A DNA stretch of 64,000 bases from the human T2T-CHM13v2.0 reference genome, Homo sapiens. The DNA is taken from NCBI RefSeq assembly GCF_009914755.1, contig NC_060932.1. The stretch is one strand, 5' to 3'. The notes under the pieces were generated by a model that saw only the letters and a list, made by a program, of their open reading frames with translations, was not told where the DNA came from and made no database searches. Below, in pieces: positions 40,061 through 52,580 of the stretch (position 1 is the first letter of the stretch; each line of letters starts with the position of its first letter). A program made the position numbers and the translations under genes.

Positions 40061-40994
40061 AAACTGATGGATCTCATCAATATTATTCACATCATCATCA
40101 TTCAAGGAGTTAGAGCAGTTGGGTGGAGTCAGCAGTGGTTTCCAGGTGATAGTGATATTTTCAGCCAGGTAAACTACAGCAACAGGGCTCATAGAGTCTG
40201 TACTAATGAAAGTAGGGTCTTTGAGAATGTCTTGGAATATTGCGGAACAGTATTCAGTCTTGAACTAGGGAACTGGTAAGAACCAGGAAGATTAGACAAG
40301 AACCAGGCAGATTAGACAAGTCCCAGCCAAATGAGTTGGTTTCAGGGTAGCCGATCTGACCCATTAGGGAATTAGAGCCACAGTCAGAAAGCTGAAGCAG
40401 GTTGGAATCTTAGATTCATTTCCTTGGGCAACAAAAGCTTTTCTATACCTGTCCTGTAGAGAAATTTGTTTACGGAAATTAGTACTAATGTTGAATTCTT
40501 AGCACTGAGCCTGGCTCTTGGTAGACACTGAATAAGTAAGTACTTCAGACTTGCCTTTGGTAGAAGGGTGATACAGATGACATACCCTCAGCCTAGTGTG
40601 CCACTCCTAAAACCCCTGACAAGTGAATCAATAACCCAAGTGTCTTAATATGAGACCTGCAGGGATCACTGTCAGCCAGTTGCACATGAGTTCATGTATT
40701 CTCTATTGCCAATCTGACTGCTAAAATTTCTGAGTTCAGATACGTCCCTAAAGTAGAAACCTGGGATAAAGAGTCTAAATTCCAGTAATCTGTTGAACTA
40801 TAAGACCCTAGTGGGAGTGGCAGCTAGAGCATTCATAAGCTCTAGACCTCAGTATGTGAGAGGGCATAAAGCAAGAACAATGGTAGGTGACACTGCAGGG
40901 ACAGCTCAGCTATAAGCCGCTCTAGGAGAGAAGTGATGGTTTCTGTTTCTATATCCCATCAGTGACAATTCCATCACAAGGGGCCAATAGCTGT

Positions 40995-40997
<3 letters not shown>

Positions 40998-41036
<39 letters not shown>
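40998..41036 (+). repeat. (CTG)13 trinucleotide microsatellite
   Basis: 13 uninterrupted CTG units counted directly. Confidence 0.97.
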
Positions 41037-41037
<1 letters not shown>

Positions 41038-41223
41038 AAGCTGAAAGGTTAGCAATAATCTTTAAGAAGCTGGGGAAAGAACAGGACCTAACTTCTTTTG
41101 GATTATTGGCTTCATGTAATAGTTGGGGATAGTAAATACTCAGGGATCCACAAGATTTATTTAGAGAAGGGTTAAAGTCTTTGTTTCAATTGTGGAAACT
41201 ATTCTGGGATCTGGAAGAGCATC

Positions 41224-41379
41224 ATGTGCCATAGTGGTTTGCTGCACCTATCAACCCATCACCTAGGTATTAAGTCCCACATGGATTAGCTATTTATCCT
41301 GATGCTCTACCTTCCCCTGCCCCACAACAGGCCCCAGTGTGTGTTGTTCCCCTCCCTGTGTCTATGTCTTCTCATTGTT
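41224..41379 (-). mobile_element. Short L1PA 3'UTR fragment
   Basis: atgtgccatagtggtttgctgcacctatcaaccc...caggccccagtgtgtgttgttcccctccctgtgtc...ctcattgtt. Confidence 0.85.
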
Positions 41380-41969
41380 AACCTGTTAATTTATAAGCTT
41401 CAAGAGGATAGGAACAATTTCTGGCTTGTTTTCTGTATCCATAGCCCTACCTCAAATATCTAGCATGGTGACTAGCTTGAAGAAGGGGTCAATAAATTTT
41501 GGTTCAATGGTTGACCAAATAAATTAATGAACAAGTGAGAACCCTGGGCTTCACATGCCCTAGAAGACCTTAGGTATTGTATCTCCATCCCGGAATCTGC
41601 TAAATAACTGGAATATCAGAAAATTGAGTACAAACACCAAATTTTAGAAATTAGAAGGATATCAATCACAACCTAGTTCAAGAGGCAGAGAGTATTTCTT
41701 ATTTGCCACACTTAATTATTTGATCCAATGAAACATATCGTCTAAAGCTACTGCACAGATTTGGAGCTAAGGAGTGCCTTCACTTGAAATCCTTTTGTCT
41801 GATCCTATGAAGCCCTGTGTTCCTTGCAAGAAAAAAGAAATAACTGGTGTTTTGTTGTATGTTAGAGAGCAGGATGGGTCGTATATTGTGCTTTCAGTGG
41901 TTTAAGTTTAAAATATAACAAACTCACCCACTGTCTTGCAACTTTTTTCCAAAATGGTTACATTCTTAA

Positions 41970-42265
41970 TTTTTTTTTTTCTTTTTTGAGACGGTGTCTC
42001 GCTCTGTCACCCAGGCTGGAGTGCAGTGGCGCAATCTCGGCTCACTGAAAGCTCCGCCTCCCGGGTTCACGCCATTCTCCTGCCTCAGCCTCCAGAGTAG
42101 CTGGAACTACAGGCGCCCGCCACTACGCCCGGCTAATTTTTTTTTTTTTGGTATTTTTTAGTAGAGGCGGGGTTTCACCGTGGTCTCGATCTCCTGACCT
42201 CGTGATCCGCCCGCCTCGGCCTCCCAAAGTGCTGGGATTACAGGCGTGAGCCACCGCGCCCAGCC
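41970..42265 (-). mobile_element. Young AluY with 12-bp left-arm deletion (AluYd/Yc3-type)
   Basis: CpG-rich. The junction ggtttcaccg|tggtctcgatc at 42180/42181 lacks tgttagccagga. Confidence 0.92.
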
Positions 42266-43551
42266 TAAAAGTTAAGAGTGAATAAGAGCTCTATACAACT
42301 TACTCTGCTGTCTTTTATGAAGGCTCCTAAAGGAATATAACAGTTCTCCCATAGAGAAACACACAAACGTTGTATATTAATTTAAGCTTTATGCTTTATT
42401 GTGGACCACCTTTGGCACATTATGTAGCAAATCTCTTGCCAAAAATTCTCATGGAGTGAACACAATCCACAAAATTCTTTTGGAGGAAACAAACAAGCAA
42501 ACAAACAAAAAAACCCAAAACAAAAACAACCAGTAAAGAAACATCCTAAGGCATAACATGCAAAAGCACTTTTCACTAATCAAAGAATCATTGCAGAGTC
42601 GGCTGACAATGCTGTAATGAATGACCTTCATTGCTGCTCAGAAACAATATGCTTTGTGAATACAGCACATTCTACATTATCTAAAACTCAGAATTGAGGA
42701 CTGAGGCTGTTTTCAGTTCAGCAAGGGAATGAAGGATGACTTTTCACTTAATTCCCATGCCCTGGAACTTGCCCCTAGCGAAATTGTTGACCTTTCTCTG
42801 TTTACATTCATAAAACAGAAACTCTAGCCTGTTTAATAAGGATGCAAAAAGAATTAGCTTGAATTTGTGATTAATTCAGCTGCACCAACTTAGTTTTCAT
42901 ACACTAAAACAGAGAAATTTAGATAGTCTAATAAACATACTTCATTCAATTCAAGTTGACCAAGGTTTCTAAAATGTGTGTGCATTTGAAATTTTTTCTA
43001 AAGAGTTGGAAAATGCATTGATAATCCTAGTTAACACTAGTTTTGTATTAAAAATGTAAAAATTGAGTATATTAAATAGATTTTATCACCATAAAGCCAC
43101 TGTTTTCTATTGTTACTTTTAAAAGTTAAATTAAAAATTCTCTTGCCTATGGTCATGATACCTAAGGAAGCTTACTCAATAAGTGGGTTATTATTTTAGC
43201 TACTCAAAAATGTAACTTGATATTACTCTGAAATATATTGAAAATTCAAGGTAGTATTTGGGAAGACATTTTGAACAATTAGTAATCAATATTATTTGTG
43301 ATGGAGGAAAATGATAAGAGTGAGCTATTTTATTGTCTGGAAATCAATCAATCCCCACAATATTCAATCTTAGGTAAACATCTTTTCCTCATATGCCTAA
43401 CCCATCAATTCATCACTCTCTTCAACAACCTATGGGGGATTAGAGTCAATAGCACTTCAAGAGGGTGTCATCGTAGCCTACAATAATAGCTATAACTATC
43501 TTCTGCTTCAGTGCCTTCCCTCTCAGATCAATGTAGCAAGGCAACAGTATC

Positions 43552-43905
43552 TATATTAGTCTATTCTCACGCTGCTATGAGGAAATACCGGAGACTGGGT
43601 AACACATAAAGGAAAGAGGTTTCATTGACTCACAGTAGTGCACGGCTAGCGAGGTCTCAGGAAACTAACAATTTTGGTGGAAGACACCTCTTCACAGGGC
43701 GGCAGGACAAAGAACGAAAATCGAGCTAAGGGGGAAGCCCTTTATAAAACCATCAGATCTCATGAGAACTTACTCACTATCACGAAAACAGCATGGGGTG
43801 AACTGCCCCGGTGATTCAATTACCTCCCACCGGGTTCCTCCCATGGAGATTATGGGAACCATAATTCAAGATGAGATTGGGTGGGGACAGAGCCAAATCA
43901 TACCA
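43552..43905 (-). mobile_element. THE1 solo LTR (THE1C-like)
   Basis: tattagtctattctcacgctgctatg...cacctcttcacagggcggcagg...agccaaatcatacca, with flanks gtatc/atatc. Confidence 0.88.
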
Positions 43906-44271
43906 ATATCAAAGCCTAAGTTATTGTGAGAATTGTCTTCATAGAGTAAGCAAGATGCTAGGAAAATGTTTCAAGACAATAAAAAGATTAATATTATTTA
44001 TACCTCATTTCATTATACTCTCTCGGTTCAAATAATTCCTCCTTCAAAGAAGTTGCAGAACTTCCAAATATAATTCATGTTGTCTAATCAGACTATAGGA
44101 TGATCATTTAAAGGTGATGACTGACCACTCATTCACTCATTCATTCATTTAATAAACACTGACTGAGAAGTAACTAAGTTAGCTAAAGGAAAGACGGACA
44201 CTCTCAAGGAGCTCACAGGTCACTGCAAAGAGAGAGTTTCCCAAAGCAGTAAATTGATAAGGAAACTATTA

Positions 44272-44694
<423 letters not shown>

Positions 44695-45564
44695 TTAGTT
44701 AATTTACAATGAGAAAGCTAACAAACAGGGAGATTAGGAGTTTCACCTTTTGGTTAGTACATTCTCTTTTATAATAGCATAACCTATATGTAATGTCAAA
44801 TTATATTCAGAATGGTGCACGGGGAGCAAAGAATCTGAAAAAGTGGAAGCCAATATTTTTGAGGACTGTTTTGATCTTTTTGTCTTACACTATAAAATTC
44901 TATACAGAGACCTATAATTTTTAGTCTCATAAAAGCAGGTCTCATTCTCCTGGACAATGTTAGGAGACTACAAAGTTCTTGTTCTGTCACTATCATTTCT
45001 ATAGGTTATGTTATTGTACTGCAATGATACAGTCAAAACAGTGTGGTACTGGCATAAAGTCAGATATATAGACCAATGAAATAAAATAAATAGTCCAGAA
45101 ATAAACCCTTGTATATATGGTCAAATGATTGTTGAAAAAAGATTGTAAGGCTACACAATGGGGAAAAAATGATCTCATCCATAAATGTTGTTGGGCAAAC
45201 TAGATAGCCTCATGCAAAAGAATGGATTCAAATCCCTATCTGCCCCATATACAAAAATTAACTGAAAATGAATTAAATACCTAAATACAGGACTTGAAAC
45301 TATACAACTCCTAGAAAAACACATAAAGGAAATACTTTTATGATATTGCTCTAGGCAATAATTTCTTAGAGATGACACCAAAAGCATAGAGGATAAAGTA
45401 AAAAATAGATAAACTGAACTATATCAAATTTTAAAACTTCTGCACAGCAAAGGAAATAATCAACACAGTAAAATGGCAACCTATGAAATGAGAGAATATA
45501 TTTGCAAACCATATATCTGATACGGGGTTAACAACCGGAATGTATAAAGAACTCCCACAACTCA

Positions 45565-45916
<352 letters not shown>

Positions 45917-46407
45917 GAAAAATGGACAAATGACAAATGGACTTGAATAGACATTTCTTAAAAGAAGGTATATAAAAGGCCAAAAAGCATATGAAAATAT
46001 GACCAGCATCTCTAATCATTAGGGAAATGCAAATCAAGTCCACAATAAGATATCAACTAATAGTTGTTATGATAGACGCTATTTTAAAAAAAAACAAAAA
46101 TGAAAAATAATAAGTGTTAGTGAAGATGTAGAGAAAATTGAATCCTTGTGTACTATTGGTGGAAATGTATAATAAAATGGTGAAGTTACTGTGGAAAACA
46201 GTGTGGTGATTCCCGAGAAATTAAAAACAGAATTACTATATGATCCAGAAATTCCACTTTTGAGAATATATCCAAAAGAATCAAAAACAGGATCTCATAC
46301 AGATATTTGCACACCCGTGTTCATGGCAGCATTATTCACAGTAGCCAAGAAGCAACCTAGATGGTAGCAACCTAAATGTTCATCAACAGGTGAAGGATAA
46401 AAAAAAG

Positions 46408-46487
46408 TGATATATATATATCATGTTATATATATCACATATATATCTCACATATATAACATATATCACATACATATATCACATACA
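46408..46487. repeat. (TA)n/(CATATA)n low-complexity tract
   Basis: tgatatatatatatcatgttatatatatcacatatatatctcacatatataacatatatcacatacatatatcacatacac. Confidence 0.8.
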
Positions 46488-46529
46488 CCCCATGTAATAC
46501 TATTCAGCTTTAAAAAAGAAGGAAATCCT

Positions 46530-46839
46530 GGCCAGGCCCGGTGGCTCACACCTGTAATCCCAGCACTTTGGGAGGCCGAGGTGGGCGGATCACAAGGTCA
46601 GGAGATCGAGACCATCCTGGCTAACACGGTGAAACCCCGTCTGTACTAAAAACACAAAAATTAACCAGGCGTGATGGCGGGCACCTGTAGTCTCAGCTAC
46701 TCCGAAGGCTGAGCCAGGAGAATGACGTGAACCAGGAGGCGGAGCTTGCAGTGAACCGAGATCGCACCACTGTACTCTATCTAGCCTGAGCAACAGAGCA
46801 AGACTCCGTCTCAAAAAAAAAAAAAAAAAAAAAAAAAAA
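46530..46839 (+). mobile_element. AluY-type nested in L1
   Basis: gagatcgagaccatcctggctaacacggtg, with TSD aaaaaagaaggaaatcct. Confidence 0.93.
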
Positions 46840-48746
46840 GAAGGAAATCCTTTATATGCTACAACATGGATAAACCTTGAAGACATTATGCTAAGTGCAA
46901 TAAGCCAGTAACAAAAAGACTAATACTACATAATTCCACTTATATGAGGGACTGCAACCCGAGTCCATTCTTGTTTCCTCTGACCTTGATGATAAAGGTA
47001 TTATGCAGAAGCTGGAGTCCTCATTATGGAGCAAAATATCCATGCCTGGTCGAAAAGTCAGGATTTAACACTATTTTACCATACTTGAAAATGATAAATA
47101 TATGTGTATAAGTCTAGCCAACTAGATTGGGATCAAATAATTATAGATGGTACATTTTAATTCCAATAACAATATTCTTGTATTTTTAGCACATCTGAAG
47201 ATATTTTTTGGCATAATAATACAATACAGTGCTAAATTTGATGGAAGTATAATAGAATATCTTCTTCATTGACTGCAGGAAAACTCGGACTCAAACAGCA
47301 CTTGATCTCATCAGTAGTCAACCACCACATCGCTTCTCTAATCTTTTGAGGTTTTCAACCAAGAAAAAGGGCTAAGTCCATCTGATTTTAATCCTATAGG
47401 CAAAGATGTTTATCTGAGTCAATGAACTCTGATTCTTTCCTATATGAAAGCTGAAAATCTTTGGGGGAAATCCTTTACAAAACATAATGTTGAATGGAGA
47501 TGTTTTGATTTTCCTTATCTCCAACTGCAATTTTTCAAAGAAGAGCTATAACAGAGCTGACTCTTTTAAACTAGACACCACAGCTCAGAGGAGGTAGACT
47601 TTTTCTTTCCCTCTTATTGCCTTTCCCTCTTCCTCCTCCCTCTTCTGATGTATGTAAAATGCTAATAAGCTAAAAAGAGTTAACTGAGCACAACTTCTTC
47701 CTAACTTGATATTCTTGCCTTTGGCCAACCATTTCTATTTTTCACTTTCAGTAAGCTCAAAAGGGGTAGATGAGGAATAGTGAGACAAATTTAAGAACAT
47801 TCCTGGAGAAACTTAGAACAGATTTCTTTTTGTCTTTAATATTTTTCAGCAGTGATAGAACCAAATAAGAAAGAAAGAGATAGCAGTAGTAATTTGGTTT
47901 TGGTGCTGGTTATGGGGCACTGGAGGGAACAAAAAACCCTCTCAAAATATTACGCTTGCAAGTTATGCAAATTGGATTTAAGTTTTATGAGAGAAAAAAA
48001 AGTTCCAAAGAATCAGTAAACAAAAAAAGAAGTCTTATTTTGGTATTAACCCTTCTAAAAGTATTATTTGATGCACTAACTTTTCCTCAGAGGTGCTTAT
48101 TGAGATTTGCACATTGTAGGCATTCAATAATTATGGGTTAAATTATTTTTGATTCAGGACAGGAATTGCATCAATTTTATATGAACACCTCATTTTTACT
48201 TGAATATTAATCACAAAACAATAAATGATGCAGCAATAATTATTTTATGATTATTATTATCTACTGAGTACCTTTAATTTGCCTGCCATTGAAATATACA
48301 TATATTACTAGGTATTTCTCTGAGGTAAGAGAACTTTCCAGATGGCTCAATTAATTTCTTAGAAACCAGATAAATCAGCTATTTGATCAGCAGACATCTG
48401 TTATCAATACTCTAAAATTTGATAAAAAAAGATGTTTTACTTGTGGTAGTATTTATCTTTGTAAAATATACACATATAAAATAAGATAAACACTAGAAAA
48501 GATTCTAAAATTTTCACTAAAATCTTCACCTTTTAGAGAGAAATATTTTGTTTGCTGCAGTAGTGAGAAGGAAATTAGACAATGTAGTATTTTCTATATT
48601 GTGTTTCTTCCTATAAGTAAATTCAGAAACTTTGCTTTCTTAATATAAATTATTAACCTCAACTGGCAAATCCTCTTTTTTAGGATATTATAATGACGGA
48701 TAAGATATATATGAGTTTAGGGTTTTAAAATATTTAAAATGAACTG

Positions 48747-49053
48747 AGCCAGGTGCGGTGACTCACACCTGTAATCCCAGTACTTTGGGAGGCCGAGGGT
48801 GGATGGATCACCTGAGTTCAGGAGTTCAAGACCAACCTGGCCAACAGGGTGAAACCCCATCTCTACTAAAAATACAAAAATTAGCCAGGCATGGTGGCAC
48901 ACACCTGTAGTCTTGGAAGGGTGAGGCCAATCACTTGAACCCAGGAGGTGAAGGTTGCAGTGAACTGAGATCATGCCATTACACTCCAGGCTGGGTAACA
49001 AAGTGAGACTCTGTCTCAAAAAATAAATAAATAAAAAGTAAAATAAAATAAAA
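48747..49053 (+). mobile_element. AluS-type with small right-arm deletions
   Basis: TSD-like aaaatgaactga / aaaacgaactga and an (AAAT)n tail. Confidence 0.9.
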
Positions 49054-49748
49054 CGAACTGAAAAAACTGGACAGATCCTAAGTGACAAGAGCAAGTCAGT
49101 TTCTATTAATCTCAGATCTAGGTGGTTCAGATGAGCCACAATATGACCAGGAAGCTAGCAACCTACCGCTTTTTGAAAGTTGGACAATTTAATACTGGCA
49201 AAGACTCAAAAAATGCTTGAAGTATGGAGTCTATGGGTTTGAAGAAGCTTTTGTTTTGTCTATCTAATCAAATCTTCTTAAACTTTAATTAAGAGAGAAT
49301 ATGAGAGGGATAGAATGTGGATCACACATAATGTTATTACATTGTAAGTTGGAATCATAGGAGCAGCCAAGACATTTATTGAAATTTAGTTTCAAAGCAG
49401 TCTACATTGATGTTCTATTATAACAATTTCATTTCTAATGTATCAAATGGTGGATGAAGATGCACTTATCTGGTCTGATGGATGTGATACTAGGCAAAGG
49501 TGTAGTGCTCTGTGCTTCCTTGTTTAATAATTGAGCTTACACTTTTCCCCCAGAGAACAACTATATACTACATTTTCAAATAATTTGCTATCTTTAAAAT
49601 TTCCATTCAGTTCACAAGACAATCATTACTGCTTTATTATCAAATAAGAATGTCATAAGATTGATCATAAAAGAATTTTTAGAATTTGGTCAGCAATTTG
49701 CCTTTGATGATAGCACTGTGGAGTGGTCTGTAAAAGTACATAGGGATC

Positions 49749-50122
49749 TGTTATAGATCGAGTTGTATTCTTCTGCCCAAATTCATGTGCTGAAGCCCTA
49801 ACTCTCAATGTATTTGGAGATGGGGCCTTAAAAGAGGTAAGGTTAAGTGAGGGTATAAGGCAAGGATGCTATTCAATAGGACAGACATCTCTATAAGAAA
49901 AGGAGCAATACCAGGAATGTGCACGCATAGAGGACAGGTCACGTGAGCAAACAACACAAAGGCAGCCCTCTGCAAGCCAGAAGAAAGTCCTCACCAGAAA
50001 CCAAGTCTCTGACATCTTGATGTTGGACTTCCAGCCTCCAGAACTATGAGAAAATACATTTCTGTTGTTGAAGGTTCCCAGTATGTGGTATTCTGTTACG
50101 GTAGCCTTAACAGACGAATACA
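49749..50122 (+). mobile_element. MLT1A/B solo LTR with perfect TSD
   Basis: TG...CA ends, with ggatc at 49744-49748 and 50123-50127. Confidence 0.88.
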
Positions 50123-50190
50123 GGATCTTGTAGGATATCAACTTCCGAGTGCTGCCTAAAGCTTCAACTCTTCTTAGTTCTCCTAAGTGA

Positions 50191-50629
<439 letters not shown>

Positions 50630-50639
50630 TAAAATGTGT

Positions 50640-51350
50640 TTTATTGTAATAAAATATACATAACATAAAATTTACAATTTTAATCATTTTTAAGTGTGCA
50701 GTTCTGTGGTATTAAATACATTGACAATATTGTGCAACTATCACCACCAGACATCTCCAGAATGTTTTCATTTTCCTTAAGTGAAACTCTATACCCATTA
50801 AATAACTCCGCATTCTCTGTTCACTCAAACACTGGTGACCACCTGATATGGTCTGGCTCTATGTCTCCATCCAAATCTCATGTTGAATTGTAATCTTCAG
50901 TATTAGAGAGGGGACTGGTGAGAGATGATTAAATCATGGGGGCAGACTTCCCCCTTGCTGTTTTTGTGGTAGAGTTTTCATGAGATCTTATTGTTTGAAA
51001 GTATGTAGCACCTCTCTCTTCGCTCCCTGTCTCTCCTACTGGCCATGTGAATATGTGCCTGCTTCCCTTATGCCTTCTGCCATGATTGTAAGTTTCCTAA
51101 GGCCTCTCTAGCTATGCCTCCTGTAGAGCCTAAAGAATTGTGAGTCAATTACACCTCTTTTCTTCATAAATTACTCAGTCTCAGGTAGTTCTTTATAGCA
51201 ATACAAGAATGGACTAATACATCATGCTTCTGTGTTCTGTCTCTATGAATTTGACTACTGTAGATACCTGCTACAAGTGGAATTATACAATATTTATCCT
51301 TTTGTGACTGGCTTATTTCACTTAGCTTAATGTCTTCAGGTTCCATCTAT
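50640..51350 (-). mobile_element. L1MA/MB 3' end split by an MST LTR
   Basis: cataaaatttacaattttaatcatttttaagtgtgcagttc...tgtgactggcttatttcacttagc. Confidence 0.8.
50844..51221 (+). mobile_element. MSTA-like MaLR solo LTR
   Basis: tgatatggtctggctctatgtc...caaatctcatgttgaattgtaatc...ggactaataca. Confidence 0.85.
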
Positions 51351-52044
51351 CAGGGGCTATATTTAGAATACTTACAATTGACATTATGTGGACACCATGT
51401 TTTGAACCCTATAGTTACTTTATACAGAGGTCTAAGGTTGGGGTCTCAAGGTAAGTTCTAGGTCCACAAGATGAGAAGGCACTAAGAAGCTAGAGGAAAA
51501 GGCTATTCACCAGGTACTTACAGACAATTTTATTATTTTTAAAACTAGTGATACCACCTAAATATCAATTCCCTTCTTGTGCATCATGACTTTTTCAAGA
51601 GTCACAAAAAATTTTATGTGTGCCTCTTTGAAATATACTTACCTATAGGAAAAAAAACTAATGAATTTTTGGATGGAGTGAATTTCTCTTCATTTACCAT
51701 GAAAGGCTGGTCATGTTTAATGAATATAATAATACTATTTTTAAATTGCTTGCTAGAATGACCATCAAATTTCAGCTAGATTTGCAATCATTTGCCATGA
51801 CAGCTTATTTGGTCACATGATATTTTCTCTTTTGAAAAGCAGTTATCTATCCTTAAAAGTTAATAACCTCTAGACTGGATATGCATCACAATTTTATTTA
51901 TTTATTTATTTGAGAAGTAGTTTTGCTCTTGTTGCCCTAATCTTATTTGTCATATGTCTCTAGCCAATGGTTTTCTCTTGATGATGTACTTTGTTCTCAT
52001 GAATTCACAAATTTGTAATATTAGTCTACATGTGATCATTATAT

Positions 52045-52580
52045 ATTTTAATAATAGCTTTATTGAGATAAAATTCATATGCCATAAAATTGCGTTTTTA
52101 AAGTAGACAATACAGAGGTCTTTGATATATTCATAGTTATGCAATCATCGTCACTTTTTGATTTTAGGTGGTTTTATCACCCCCAATACCCAATAGCAAT
52201 CACTGTGTATTCCCTAGTGCCTGGAGTCACTATCCTACTTTCTGTCAGTATGGATTTGCCTATTCTAGACATTTTATATAGATGGAAACACATAGTATGT
52301 CTTTTCAAACTAGCTTCTTCACTTATCTGAAAGTTTTTATTGTTCATTTATATTGTGGCATGTATTAATACTTCATTATGTTTTATTGCCAAGTAATATT
52401 CTATTGTATGAACATACTATATTTCATTTATTCTTTCCTATTGATATACAGTTGGATTATTTCCACTTTTGGGCTATTAAACACAATGCTGCTATGAACA
52501 CGCATATGCAATTTTGTGTGGACATATGTTTTTATTTCTTTTAGGTACATAGCTAGAAGTGAAATTATTGGGTTATGGGA
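52045..52580 (-). mobile_element. L1MB/ME 3' end fragment
   Basis: agctttattgagataaaattcatatgccataaaatt...aatgctgctatgaaca...tgtgtggacatatgttt. Confidence 0.75.
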
